Shown here piece after piece: positions 18,685-29,300 of a stretch of DNA of 64,000 nt. Source of the stretch: Sphingobacteriia bacterium (GTDB taxonomy: Bacteria > Bacteroidota > Bacteroidia > Bacteroidales > 4484-276); the NCBI GenBank assembly GCA_009930115.1, contig RZYY01000001.1:4167-68166 (forward strand), written 5' to 3'. The notes beneath the pieces are model-generated. The model did not search any database. It was given only the letters and a program-made list of their open reading frames with translations, and was not told the origin of the DNA. How positions within the stretch are numbered: position 1 is the stretch's first letter; each line of letters opens with the position of its first letter. The position numbers were made by a program, and so were the translations under genes.

Positions 18685-19134
18685 TTATTCTTTGGTTTTT
18701 TCAACAAGCCGGATGTCCGAAATAACCATTTGTTTGTCAACAGCTTTGCACATATCGTAAATGGTCAGCAGGGCAATACTTGCTGCAGTGATTGCCTCCA
18801 TTTCAATACCTGTTTTCCCAACGCACCTGGCCAAAGTGGTAACCGCAACGCCTTTTTCTTCCAAAACTGCTGATACATCCAGTTTTGTGATTGGCAACGG
18901 GTGACACAGCGGAATGAGATCGCTTGTTCGTTTTCCTCCCTGTATTCCTGCAATTTCGGCAATGGTGAGCACATCCCCTTTTTTGAGCTGATTTTGTCTG
19001 ATCAGTTGAACAGTATCGGATGCCAGATAAATAAAACCTTTGGCAACAGCAGTGCGCACTTGATCTGGTTTGTGAGCCACATCAACCATATTGGCTTTTC
19101 CGTAGTCGTTGGTATGCGATAATTTTTTTTCCAT
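18685..19134 (-). CDS. moaC: Cyclic pyranopterin monophosphate synthase
   Basis: MVDVAHKPDQVRTAVA, LIPLCHPLPI and GKTGIEMEA motifs. ATG 19134 gives a canonical-length N-terminus. The track start at 19170 is a TTG overlapping moaA. Confidence 0.9.
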   Translation of the reverse strand: MEKKLSHTNDYGKANMVDVAHKPDQVRTAVAKGFIYLASDTVQLIRQNQLKKGDVLTIAEIAGIQGGKRTSDLIPLCHPLPITKLDVSAVLEEKGVAVTTLARCVGKTGIEMEAITAASIALLTIYDMCKAVDKQMVISDIRLVEKTKE

Positions 19135-19159
19135 AAAAGCTGTTAGATTTAAATCATGT

Positions 19160-19960
19160 TTAGCCGCCAATGTTGCTAAATTGTTTCAAATGATTTGCAG
19201 TACCAGAAACCGGCTTATTTTCGACGGCCAGTCGAATGGCTTTTTCAGCACCCAGACTTCGGACATCGAAAGAAAGATCGCTGAATAAGCAGGGGAGAAT
19301 TTTTCCGTCAGAAGTCAGTCTGATTCTGTTGCAGTGCTTGCAGTCTCCTCCATTTCCACCTTCCACTACGCTGAAACTACCTGTTTCAAGATTCATTTCC
19401 CTGATAAATCTAACCTGCAGATTATTTTCTTTGCAAAATTTCTTTACAGCCAGTGCATCCGGTTCGGTGGATGATTTTTTAACTACGCAATTGATTTTGA
19501 TAGGAGAAAGACCCGATTTCCGGGCTGCGTCAATACCCCTGAAAACATCTTCAATATTACCAAGACGGGTAATCTGTCGGTATTTTTCAGGATCTGTTGT
19601 GTCAAGACTGATGTTAACCCGCTGCAGTCCGGCTTTGACAAGCTGAGAAGCATATTTGTCCAGTAGGGTTCCGTTGGTCGTCATCGAAAAATCTTTAATT
19701 CCATTTATTTCTCCGATCATTGTTACAAGGTCGATAATGCCTTTACGAACCAATGGTTCGCCACCTGTCAGCCGAACTTTGTCAATTCCCATAGCGACAG
19801 CAGTTTTAGTTATTTCAACAATTTCATCGAAACTGAGAATATCCTCATGGCGCAACAATTTGACCCCTTCCGGTGGCATACAGTAAACACATCTCAGGTT
19901 ACATCTGTCAGTAACCGAAATACGCAGGTAGTTTATTTTTCTGTTAAAGCTGTCGAACAT
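19160..19960 (-). CDS. moaA: GTP 3',8-cyclase (radical SAM)
   Basis: CNLRCVYCMP radical-SAM cluster motif. C-terminal CKHCNRIRLTSDGKILPC (CX2CX13C) second cluster. Terminal GG. ATG 19960 overlaps the moeA 3' end by 17 nt. Confidence 0.9.
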   Translation of the reverse strand: MFDSFNRKINYLRISVTDRCNLRCVYCMPPEGVKLLRHEDILSFDEIVEITKTAVAMGIDKVRLTGGEPLVRKGIIDLVTMIGEINGIKDFSMTTNGTLLDKYASQLVKAGLQRVNISLDTTDPEKYRQITRLGNIEDVFRGIDAARKSGLSPIKINCVVKKSSTEPDALAVKKFCKENNLQVRFIREMNLETGSFSVVEGGNGGDCKHCNRIRLTSDGKILPCLFSDLSFDVRSLGAEKAIRLAVENKPVSGTANHLKQFSNIGG

Positions 19961-21119
19961 CAATCTTTTCTCCTGTTTTAAGTGTGGTTTTTCCAATTTC
20001 CAAAGCGACGATTCCATTCGCAGCTACGTAAGAATGAATATGGGCAGACCCATGATAGTCGACCGGAAAAACTTTTCCTTCTCTGATTTCGACAGGAAGC
20101 AGTGTTTTACGGTTGGATTTTCGTCTATTGTAAGATTGTCCCATCGGAAGACTTAGAATGCTGGGCTTGAAACTATGACCCATTAAATTGTAAATTAATG
20201 GTTTAACCAGCAACTCGAACTGAACAAAGGAAGAAACGGGATTCCCCGGTAATCCAAAAATGTACTGATGATTACGAATACCAAAAACTGTTGGCCGACC
20301 GGGTTGAACAGCAATGCTTTTAAACAGGATACTTACACCTAGTTCCTGTAATACTTTTGGTACATAATCGAATTCTCCCATTGATACACCTCCTGAAAGA
20401 AGGACAATATCAGTGTGAGCAAATGCCTCTTCCAGTTTTTGTCGTGTGTCAGCTTCGGTATCTTTAGCAATGCCAAAATACTCAAATTCAGCTCCAATGG
20501 TACGAATTTGGGCAATGGTCTGTGTAGCATTGCTGTTTCTGATTTGAGATATATCTGGTGTAATTTCCGGTTCAACCAGTTCATTACCGGTGGAAATAAC
20601 AGACACCAGAGGTTTTCGGTAAACCAGCGGATTTGTATATCCAAATGAAGCCAAAACAGCTAATTCCTGAGCCCTGAGCAGGGTTCCTTTTTTCAGAACA
20701 ACCTGGCCGGCAGAAATGTCTTCAGCCAGAAAGCAGATATTTGGTGATGTTTTTTCACCTGTAAAACGAATTAGGTTTTCTGTGATTTTTTCTGTTTGTT
20801 CTACCATAATCACTGTATCTGCTCCCTCAGGAACCATAGCTCCGGTCATGATTTTGGCGCATTGGCCCTTCCCTGTTGATAAGGATGGAATTTGACCGGC
20901 AGCGATTGTTTCCACCAATTTCATTTCACTGCCAAGGTCAGCTTTTCGGCAGGCATATCCGTCAACAGCACTTTTGTTGAACGGTGGCATGTTCATGTCT
21001 GCAGTGACGTCCTGAGCCAGAATGCACCCGACAGCGTCAATCAAAGATTTCGTTTCTGTACCCAGAACTTTAGCGGAATCGATAACAATCTGATAAGCTT
21101 CTTCGTATGGGATCATCAT
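19944..21119 (-). CDS. moeA: Molybdopterin molybdotransferase
   Basis: PFNKSAVDGYA, LLSGGVSMGEFDY and GLPGNPVSS motifs. 391 aa. Confidence 0.9.
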   Translation of the reverse strand: MMIPYEEAYQIVIDSAKVLGTETKSLIDAVGCILAQDVTADMNMPPFNKSAVDGYACRKADLGSEMKLVETIAAGQIPSLSTGKGQCAKIMTGAMVPEGADTVIMVEQTEKITENLIRFTGEKTSPNICFLAEDISAGQVVLKKGTLLRAQELAVLASFGYTNPLVYRKPLVSVISTGNELVEPEITPDISQIRNSNATQTIAQIRTIGAEFEYFGIAKDTEADTRQKLEEAFAHTDIVLLSGGVSMGEFDYVPKVLQELGVSILFKSIAVQPGRPTVFGIRNHQYIFGLPGNPVSSFVQFELLVKPLIYNLMGHSFKPSILSLPMGQSYNRRKSNRKTLLPVEIREGKVFPVDYHGSAHIHSYVAANGIVALEIGKTTLKTGEKIDVRQL

Positions 21120-21130
21120 TCAGTTTTTTA

Positions 21131-21138
21131 CAAAAGTA
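21131..21138 (-). promoter_or_regulatory. Candidate -7 promoter box (TACTTTTG on minus strand) for the moeA-moaA-moaC operon
   Basis: Plus-strand CAAAAGTA, 11 nt upstream of ATG 21119. Confidence 0.5.
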
Positions 21139-21237
21139 ACTGCTTTTGTGGTTCTTTGTTGTGAATTGGCAGGGTCATTTATCCGGCCGGGGCTGAACAA
21201 TTCTTCATTGAAATGGATTCTGCAAATCCAAATTGTT

Positions 21238-21245
21238 TAATTTTG
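21238..21245 (+). promoter_or_regulatory. Candidate -7 promoter box TAATTTTG for a lipoprotein gene
   Basis: Exact TAnnTTTG, 34 nt upstream of ATG 21280. Confidence 0.45.
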
Positions 21246-21279
21246 CAAATGAGAATTATTTACTTTTAAATTTTTATTT

Positions 21280-21822
21280 ATGAAAACAAAAATTTTGCTA
21301 TTGTTTGCAGCTTTTTCCGGAGTGTTCTTATTTAACAGTTGTGATGAAGACCTCCTGGACATCACCGAATCCTTTACCTATGAAACCGAAATGGTTATTC
21401 TGTCAGATGATCTTACTTTTTCCAAAACAGAAGACATTGACATGACTGCCAGTGAGGATCTCATTGAAAAATATGGTGAGAAAATAAAAGACATTGAGAT
21501 TGAAGAAGTAACTTATTGGCTTACTGCATTTAACGGGAGTGAAGAACAAAAAATCATTGAATCGTCGCTTGTTGTTGCAGATGAAAACGGAGCTGACCCA
21601 AAAAACATTGTTACGATCAACGATGTGTTGCTACAGCCATTGATGAACAATGAAACAGAACTTACTGTAAACGATGAAGGAATTGACAGATTATCCAGCC
21701 TGATGGAAACGCCCCCGCACAAGTTACAACTGATCTTTAATACCACTACAAATGAGGTACCACTGGATTTTACGGTAAAATTCAAATTTAAAGTCAAAAT
21801 GACTGCTAATCCGCTGGAATAG
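21280..21822 (+). CDS. Hypothetical acidic lipoprotein
   Basis: Lipoprotein signal MKTKILLLFAAFSGVFLFNSC. No recognisable family. Confidence 0.65.
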   Translation: MKTKILLLFAAFSGVFLFNSCDEDLLDITESFTYETEMVILSDDLTFSKTEDIDMTASEDLIEKYGEKIKDIEIEEVTYWLTAFNGSEEQKIIESSLVVADENGADPKNIVTINDVLLQPLMNNETELTVNDEGIDRLSSLMETPPHKLQLIFNTTTNEVPLDFTVKFKFKVKMTANPLE

Positions 21823-21830
21823 AAAAAGGG

Positions 21831-23132
21831 TTAAAGATGAAAAGCTGATTTGAATTTTTCGACATAATCGGACTTTTCCCAGGCAAAAAATTCAACGGTC
21901 TTGAATATTTTTTCAAGGCCGTTTATTTTTTTTCTGTACGTTGTTTCATCTTCATAGTAAACTTCTACTTCTTCGGTGTAATGATCTCTTCCGAAATGGC
22001 CATAGGTGGTTGTTCTGAGAAAGATTGGATTTTTCAGTCCAAAACGACGGATGATAGCATAGGGTGTCAGGTCGTAGATTTGTCCGACAATTTTTGAAAT
22101 CTGGCTGTCTTTCATGCGGATACCTTTGTCATCATTCACTTTGGCAGTGCCAAACGTATTGATATACAAACCGACCGGTTTGGATACACCGATAGCGTAA
22201 GCGACCTGAACCAGAACTTCATCAGCAACACCTGCAGCTACAAGATTTTTAGCTAAGTGGCGTGCGGCATAGGTTGCCGAACGGTCTACCTTCGAAGCAT
22301 CTTTTCCGGAAAAAGCTCCTCCGCCATGTGCTACCTTGCCTCCATAAGTGTCTACAATGATCTTGCGACCGGTAAGACCTGTATCCCCGTGAGGGCCTCC
22401 GGTAACAAACTTTCCGGTTGGATTTACCAGTAGAGTGAAATCATCTTTGAATAAATGCCTGTATTTGGCAGGGCTTTCCTCAATTGCTCTGGGGATAAGG
22501 TACATCTTTATGTCAGCAGTGATTTTTTCCTGCATGGCTTTATCTGAGCCGAAATCGTCATGAAGTGTTGAAACGACAATGGTGTCAATGCGAACGGGCT
22601 CATTATTATCATCATATTCGATGGTAACCTGTGATTTGGAATCGGGACCGAGATAAGTCATCACTTTACCTTCTTTGCGAATGGCTGCCAGTTGTTGAAG
22701 AAGAATATGGGCAAGTTCAATCGGCAAAGGCATCAGGTTGTCCATTTCCCGCACGGCATAACCAAACATCATTCCCTGATCTCCTGCTCCCTGGTCTTCT
22801 ACACGCTGTCTTGATACTCCCTGATTGATATCATCCGATTGTTCGTGTATGGTGGAAATAACTCCGCAGGAATTCCCCTCAAACCGGTAGGAGGATTTGG
22901 TGTAACCAATGGTGTTGATTTGATGACGCACAATGTCCTGAACATCAACATAACCTGTGGTTCTGACTTCGCCGCTTACTACAACCAATCCGGTTGTTAC
23001 CAGTGTTTCGCAGGCAACTTTTGAATCGGGATCGTGGCGTAAAAACTCGTCAAGCAATGCGTCCGATATCTGATCGGCAACTTTATCGGGATGACCTTCC
23101 GACACTGACTCTGATGTAAATAAATAACTCAT
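21831..23132 (-). CDS. metK: Methionine adenosyltransferase (S-adenosylmethionine synthase)
   Basis: [27 protein letters not shown] and GGGAFSGKD motifs. Has the long C-terminal extension typical of Bacteroidota MetK. Confidence 0.95.
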   Translation of the reverse strand: MSYLFTSESVSEGHPDKVADQISDALLDEFLRHDPDSKVACETLVTTGLVVVSGEVRTTGYVDVQDIVRHQINTIGYTKSSYRFEGNSCGVISTIHEQSDDINQGVSRQRVEDQGAGDQGMMFGYAVREMDNLMPLPIELAHILLQQLAAIRKEGKVMTYLGPDSKSQVTIEYDDNNEPVRIDTIVVSTLHDDFGSDKAMQEKITADIKMYLIPRAIEESPAKYRHLFKDDFTLLVNPTGKFVTGGPHGDTGLTGRKIIVDTYGGKVAHGGGAFSGKDASKVDRSATYAARHLAKNLVAAGVADEVLVQVAYAIGVSKPVGLYINTFGTAKVNDDKGIRMKDSQISKIVGQIYDLTPYAIIRRFGLKNPIFLRTTTYGHFGRDHYTEEVEVYYEDETTYRKKINGLEKIFKTVEFFAWEKSDYVEKFKSAFHL

Positions 23133-23189
23133 TTGATTTTACTTTTTAATAATATGAAAGTTTGTAAACTGGGGGGACAATGACGATTG

Positions 23190-23262
23190 GCAGGATGTTA
23201 AAACGTTTGTTTTAGCATTTTTTTTAATGGTTGCAATCAATCAAATCTCTCCATTATCCTGC
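23190..23262 (-). promoter_or_regulatory. Structured metK 5' leader element, candidate SAM-responsive riboswitch (class unresolved)
   Basis: Minus-strand RNA GCAGGAU-AAUGG-AGAGAUUUGAUUGAUUGCAA-CCAUU-AAAAAAAA-UGCUAAAAC-AAAC-GUUUU-AAC-AUCCUGC. A 7-bp closing helix encloses two hairpins. The AUUGCA plus A-tract plus UGCUAAAA arrangement is reminiscent of SAM-II/SAM-V pseudoknot cores. It lies between the -7 box and the metK ATG. Confidence 0.4.
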
Positions 23263-23290
23263 TGAACAAGGCTGTTCATACAAGCGACGG

Positions 23291-23298
23291 CAAAAGTA
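23291..23298 (-). promoter_or_regulatory. Candidate -7 promoter box (TACTTTTG on minus strand) for metK
   Basis: Plus-strand CAAAAGTA. It implies a leader of about 150 nt before ATG 23132. Confidence 0.5.
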
Positions 23299-23369
23299 TT
23301 AAATTTTTCGATCGAAAACAGTATTTAGATTTATTTTAAACTGTTTAAAAAAAAAGCAATCACGAAGAA

Positions 23370-24275
23370 CTATTTAGTCAGCTCCCTGAACACCTGCTCT
23401 AAAGAATTTGTCTGTTTTTGCATGGTGAGAACGGTTACTTCCTCATCCACAGCCAGATTAAATATCACAGGACGTATGTCAACATTTGCAGGACAGGTGA
23501 TTTGCCATGTATTCAGACCTGTTTCAACAGCATGTTCCACGTGATTCAGGGACTTTATTTTTTTTGAGTCAACAGGTTTGCTGAACTCAACAATAAGTAT
23601 CTCTTTTCCGATGCCAAAATGCTGTAGTTTATTGGTTCCTTCGTCTGCGACAATCCTACCGTTGTTGATAATAATCACTCTGTCGCAAATGGCTTCTACT
23701 TCCTGCATGATATGGGTCGAAAGCATGATGGTTTTATTCTGGCCTATCTCGCGTATCAGATTTCTGATTTCAACAATTTGGTTTGGATCAAGACCGGTAG
23801 TAGGTTCATCAAGAATGAGCACCTGAGGATAGTGGATCAGTGCCTGAGCCAACCCGACACGTTGCCGGTAACCTTTTGATAACATTCCGATTTTTTTCCT
23901 TAGTTCCACTTTCAGACCGGTTAGTGCTATCATCTCTTCCACCCTTTTTGTTTTCTCGGGAAGTTTAAAAATACCGGCAACAAACTCAAGGTATTCTTTG
24001 ACATACATTTCGGTGTAAAGCGGGTTATGCTCGGGCAAATAGCCAACAAGCCGGCGTACTTCAAGTGCATTTTCGAGCACATCAAAACCGTTAACTGTAG
24101 CTTTGCCTGAGGACGGCGGAATGAAACAGGTCAGTATTTTCATCATGGTTGATTTTCCGGCTCCGTTTGGACCAAGAAAACCCACGATCTGACCAGGTTT
24201 TATGCTAAAACTTACTTCATCCAGTGCTTTTTGTTCACCGAATAATTTCGAGATTTTATCAACAACAACAGACAT
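23370..24275 (-). CDS. gldA: ABC transporter ATP-binding protein, GldA-like (gliding-motility-associated type)
   Basis: Walker A GPNGAGKST, signature LSKGYRQR, Walker B LILDEPTTGLD. The N-terminus from ATG 24275 (MSVVVDKISKLFGEQKALDEVSF) resembles GldA. The symbol is tentative. Confidence 0.8.
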   Translation of the reverse strand: MSVVVDKISKLFGEQKALDEVSFSIKPGQIVGFLGPNGAGKSTMMKILTCFIPPSSGKATVNGFDVLENALEVRRLVGYLPEHNPLYTEMYVKEYLEFVAGIFKLPEKTKRVEEMIALTGLKVELRKKIGMLSKGYRQRVGLAQALIHYPQVLILDEPTTGLDPNQIVEIRNLIREIGQNKTIMLSTHIMQEVEAICDRVIIINNGRIVADEGTNKLQHFGIGKEILIVEFSKPVDSKKIKSLNHVEHAVETGLNTWQITCPANVDIRPVIFNLAVDEEVTVLTMQKQTNSLEQVFRELTK

Positions 24276-24349
24276 AAAAAGGGAGTGAAATTTGTGAGCT
24301 GGAATAAAAGATGCCGGCATGTCCTTAAAAACATGGTCGGCATTGTTTA

Positions 24350-25477
24350 TTAATCGTTTAGCATCAGTGGCATGATGAGCATGAGGATGTCTTCGTTGGG
24401 ACGATCCTCATCATAAATTGGCTTAATCAGGCCGGCACGATTGGGCTGTGACATTTCGAACATCACTTCACCGGAATCAAGGTTGCTGAGCATTTCGGAT
24501 AAAAATTTGGAATTGAAACCAATGTCCATGTCTTCGCCATCATAATTACAGGTAAGAATTTCACGTGCTTTGTTGTTATAATCGGCATCCTCTCCCGAAA
24601 TGACGAGCTGGCGTCCGGTAATGGAAAAACGCAGCTGGTGGGTAGATTGATTGGCATAGATTGATACCCTTTTGATGGCATTGAGCAATGGTGTCCGCTC
24701 AATTTGCAATTTGTTTGGATTGTCGGTCGGAATAACCGCAGTATAATTCGGGTATTTGCCTTCGATAAGTTTGGATATCAGATTGATGCGACCAAATGAG
24801 AAAAACGTGTTTTTTCGGTTGTAAACAATTTTTACCGGCTGATCTTCAACACCCAGAAGGTTTTTGATCTGATTGAGCGGTTTGGTGGGGATAATGAAAG
24901 AATCTTCCGTTTCAACAGTGATATCTTTCCGCGTGTAACGCACGAGTTTGTGTGCATCTGTGGCCACAAATGACGTGTTTTCGGGAGTCATTTCGAGAAA
25001 AACACCGGTCATTACAGGGCGCATTTCGTCGTTACTGGCCGCAAAAACTGTTTTGGAAATAGCCTCTGAAAGCACGATGGAATTGATTGTAAATTCATTG
25101 CCGTCATCAATGACTGGAGTTTCAGGGAAATCTTCCCCATTGTGTCCGTTCAGGTTATATTCTCCTTCACCAGCCAGCATTTTTACAGCAAAAGTTGTTT
25201 GATTTACATCGAAGGTGACAGGCACATCAGGCAGTGTTTTCAGGGTTTCGAGCAAAATTTTTGCAGGAATAGCCACTATACCGGGCTCATCAGCCATAGT
25301 CACTTTAATCTGAACAGTCATCGTTGACTCAATGTCAGAGGTGGTGATTTTGAGGTCATCATCGTTAAGGTTAAAAAGAAAATCGTCGAGGATGGGCAGT
25401 GAGTTGTTTGATACCAACACGCCGCTGATTGCCTGCAAATTCTTCAAAAGAAAAGTACTGGATACAATGAACTTCAT
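24350..25477 (-). CDS. dnaN: DNA polymerase III subunit beta (sliding clamp)
   Basis: MKFIVSSTFLLKNLQAISGV N-terminus, three-domain length (375 aa), and the LMPLML C-terminal motif. Confidence 0.93.
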   Translation of the reverse strand: MKFIVSSTFLLKNLQAISGVLVSNNSLPILDDFLFNLNDDDLKITTSDIESTMTVQIKVTMADEPGIVAIPAKILLETLKTLPDVPVTFDVNQTTFAVKMLAGEGEYNLNGHNGEDFPETPVIDDGNEFTINSIVLSEAISKTVFAASNDEMRPVMTGVFLEMTPENTSFVATDAHKLVRYTRKDITVETEDSFIIPTKPLNQIKNLLGVEDQPVKIVYNRKNTFFSFGRINLISKLIEGKYPNYTAVIPTDNPNKLQIERTPLLNAIKRVSIYANQSTHQLRFSITGRQLVISGEDADYNNKAREILTCNYDGEDMDIGFNSKFLSEMLSNLDSGEVMFEMSQPNRAGLIKPIYDEDRPNEDILMLIMPLMLND

Positions 25478-25731
25478 TTTTTATCTGATTTATTGATTAA
25501 TTATTATCTATTAATTGATAGACCTGTTTGCTTAAAATTTGATTGCCACAATATTACATAAAAATTTAAGATCGTTGCAGAGGTATTTACCCCTTTTTTT
25601 CAACCTTTTGTTAATAACCAACAGTCATATTTTTCCTCTCTCAGGCAAAAGTGTGCAAAGATAAACACTGTGATTTAAAGGATAAAAAAAATAAATATTA
25701 TTTATTTAAATAACTGATATAGAAATAAATA

Positions 25732-26373
25732 CTATTTTGATTTCTTTTTAATGCTAAATTTTGATTCCTGATTGTGCAAAAGACGATAGATGTTTTTCCG
25801 GTGTGTGAGGGGTACGAAAATTCCAACAAAAATGGCCAGCAAAATCAAGGGTGTGGAATGAGGATTAAAAAACAAAATGACCATTATGGGGAACAAAACA
25901 GAAGAAATGATGGAGGATAAAGAAACGTATCTGGTGATGACCAGGAAAAAAATAAAAATACCGACAGTTACAATCACAGCAACAGGATACAGAGCAATAC
26001 CCACCCCAAGCAATGTTGCAATTCCTTTTCCTCCTCTGAAACCAGCAAACAGCGGAAAAACATGGCCGATTACCACAGCAACTGCCAAAACAATTCGAAT
26101 CAGGTCGGTCTGAAACCCTGAATAATGTGCAATCGGCAAAAATTGTAACAGGTAAACAGCAAGCCAGCCTTTAAATACGTCGAACAGCAGTACCGGTATT
26201 CCTGCTTTAAGCCCTAATACCCTGAGCGTATTAGTAGCACCGGCATTCCCACTGCCTTCATTTCTGACATCAATTCCCCAGAAAACTTTACCTATCCACA
26301 CTGCCGATGGAATGGAACCGAGAAGATATGCCACAAGAACAGCGGCCGTAATGTACCAGATGTCATTCGTCAT
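25732..26373 (-). CDS. plsY: Glycerol-3-phosphate acyltransferase PlsY
   Basis: AYLLGSIPSAVWIGK and GSGNAGATNTLRVLG motifs. ATG 26373 gives the canonical N-terminus. The track ORF extends 36 codons further upstream into the preceding gene. Confidence 0.9.
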   Translation of the reverse strand: MTNDIWYITAAVLVAYLLGSIPSAVWIGKVFWGIDVRNEGSGNAGATNTLRVLGLKAGIPVLLFDVFKGWLAVYLLQFLPIAHYSGFQTDLIRIVLAVAVVIGHVFPLFAGFRGGKGIATLLGVGIALYPVAVIVTVGIFIFFLVITRYVSLSSIISSVLFPIMVILFFNPHSTPLILLAIFVGIFVPLTHRKNIYRLLHNQESKFSIKKKSK

Positions 26374-29300
26374 AAGTTGAATTTTCGGATTTGATTTGTT
26401 GAATATTTCGTAAAAAACGGTTTTTTGCTCCTGATTCTGCAGGAACAAAACGATATGCAGGGTTGTCTTTTCCCTGTTCAATTTTTTGTTTATCAGGTTT
26501 TATCTCACGCAGGGTGGCATTAAAATCACTTCTTGACGATGATGCCTGCATCAAATTTCCTTTATAGTTGAAAAAATACCAATGCCCCCGGTCAACTTCC
26601 AGGTAAATATTGAGTTCGTCACCGCTTCTGCGTCTCACTAACTGTATGTGCCCGTCAAAATATTTGTAAACCGGATTGCCATTAATCATTCCAACCCCCA
26701 CAGGCCCGTGAGAGATGAAAGATCGTGAATCGGGGTGGTAGGTCATTTTTACATTGTTGAAAATAAAATTTTTGGTCATGGTGTGCGGCAACTGACGAAT
26801 GGAACCAAACAAAAGCTGATTGGTAAAAACACGCTCTGCTTCTGACTTTCCCAGCAAATCATTATACGATTCCTGAATCAGCGGATCGTTGATATCAACA
26901 GGAGTTTTATCCGCCTGAGAAAAGTCTTCATACATCAGGTTAAGGGCATCATCAGAAAAGAAAAAATCAACAGTCATCATTACATCGAAAGTAGTTGAAT
27001 CGGGAATGATAAAATGATCCACCTGTCCAAAAAGGGTAAGTTTTACCTGACCCAAATCCTGCCCAAAGGTGAATCTTCCTTTCCCGCTGATCATGCACTG
27101 GTCAACGTCCCATTTGAGATACGACGGATTTGTTTTTTGACTTTCGTCTTGCTGAGATTGATTATTATTTTCAATAATCAAAACACTCCCGTTTTTCAGG
27201 GTTTTCAACACTCCGCTTACTGAAAAAAGCAACGAATCGCTGTAATAGGAGCGTCTTGAAAGAAAAGCAGGATAAACCCTGTTCTCTTCGTTGGAATGGA
27301 AAAATCCGGCATACAGTTGTTTGTATCCTTTTTCGCTGATCGTATCCGCAACAGGCAGAATTAGGTTATCGGGATCAATCCTTTGCCGGAAATTAACCCA
27401 TCTCGAAAGCGAAGAATCACAATCCTGAATAATCTTAAATGAACCATCAAAATTCAGCAGCGGATCACGTGCATTAAGCTCAACTGAACCTGAAAAGGCA
27501 AAACGCGGACTCAGCTCAAAATGATCTTCTACCGTTACTTCGCCGGAGGCAATGGTCTGGTAAGAAGTATCAACGGTAATATGCCCGAAATGTACTGTTT
27601 GTATTTCGCCTGTAGAATTGACAAAGGCATAATTGCCTTTAGCCTTGTAAGCATAACCGGATTCAATATTTATTTCGGCTTCGGTAATGACGTGATTACG
27701 GTTGGATGTATCAGCAATGATAGTTGCACCGGTCAGGGGTTTTATTGCTGCATTACCAGTGATTTCAACCATTCCGTCGCCCGGAAAAATAGCCGCATCA
27801 GCTACTTTGATCAGTTTAACACCCGAAGCGGTGAGCATGTTTTCGCTGATGTTGTATTTGGCCTGCGGAGAGTAAAAGTACAATGAGTCCTGTTTAGGAT
27901 GAGTAGAGATGTATTTTGCGCCGGGTAAAATACTGTTTATAAGATCAGCCAATTCCAGGGTATCGGAACCAGAAATTTGCTCATTGGCATGACTGTAAAG
28001 TTCCACTTCATTTTTGTCGAAATACCAGTCAAATTCATTCAGATAGGAAACATACCGGATAAGCGGGAAATCTATTTTTGAATAATGGTCGTTGGCTTTA
28101 AAATTACCAATTTTTGTTTTCAGGTCAATGAATGATTGATAATTCTCAGTGTTGAAAATAACTTTTAACCCATCAGCATCCTTCAAGACCAGTTTGGTGG
28201 TATCAGATTGAAAAGCGTCTGAAAAAAATTTGAATCGGCCTGAAAAAGCAGAAGCATTGAGGAAATCAATCCTTCCGCCGCCTGTGAGCTCTGTGGGCGT
28301 CAAAGTCAAAGAACCCTCAAGCAAAGCCTGCCCGTTGAACAGTGCAAGCGGTGAATCAGTGGTTTCAACGGTCATAATATCATCATAAGGTTCCCAGTGT
28401 TGTTTCAGATTAAATCCTTTGACCTGCGGGAATTGAATATTTTCTGTAACTTTTTCCGGTAAATAGAATTCTGCCTGCCGGGCATTCAAAGAATCGAGGA
28501 AAAAGTTGAACTCCGGGCTTTTTGAAACAGCATGAAGAAAATCAAGCCGGCCATTTCCTTTCAAACCATTCATGCTCAAGGAAATATCTTCATAAAAAGT
28601 ACCTTTTCCGCCATAAACCGGATAACCATTATCTGGTGCTCTTGTCTTGAATCCCAGTGAATAATCGGCCATTACCCTCAGGGGTTCGTTTAGCTCATCC
28701 GGGAAAATGCCGCCGGAGTTCAAATAGCCTTCCAGTTTGAGTGATTCTGTTTCGAAGTTTTCAAGACTTTTTAAAGTAAATGGTTTTATATAATAATAAA
28801 ATCGGTCACGATGGTATGCATCTTTGAGTTCGGGTGTATTGTCAAAATAAATATAGGATTCTGTATTACTCCTGAAAATTGGGAATTCTGGTGATTCTGA
28901 CAGGCCGCTTTTATTTGTGGGCTGATCTATGAGCATTTCACCGCTGATGCCGGAAATAACGGTTTTAACATCAACCAGGCGACGCTGTCCAAACTGATCC
29001 AAATCAAATGAACGAACCCTGAAACGCATGGTGTCAACAGTGGGCATATTCAGCCTGAAGCTGTCATAGCTGAAATAGCTGTCAGTTGTTTTAAATTCAA
29101 AAAGTCCGGCCTGCACCAGTCCTGAAAAGAGAAAATCACGGTTTTTGCGCAAAGTAACTTCCTGATTTGCAGGCCGAATAAATACTTTCTTTGCGGTGCT
29201 GATAGAAACCTCAGGAACACCGTGTACGATTAAATCAAAATTTTCAAGTTTCAGTTCAGCGTTGATGCGATCGTTTACTTCAGAATAAAAACTAATTACA

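Noticed and set aside
21120-21279. A Moco riboswitch might lie upstream of moeA-moaA-moaC, or upstream of the MOSC-MogA gene at 55380-55575.
   Set aside because: The moeA promoter box sits only 11 nt from the ATG, leaving no room for a leader. The region upstream of the MOSC gene has a TAnnTTTG-like box about 185 nt away, but I could not find the conserved GCCUCC / GGAAAGG-type Moco motif strings. The distant box may be a chance match.
21831-22010. The C-terminal extension of about 45 aa in MetK looked like a possible novel insertion.
   Set aside because: Long MetK proteins (about 430 aa) with this C-terminal tail are, to my knowledge, the norm in Bacteroidota, so it is not specific to this locus.
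25478-25731. An oriC might lie next to dnaN.
   Set aside because: The spacer is AT-rich, but I found no cluster of DnaA boxes (TTATCCACA or close variants) and dnaA is not adjacent. The only near-consensus box I noticed (TAATCCACA at about 7030) is isolated.
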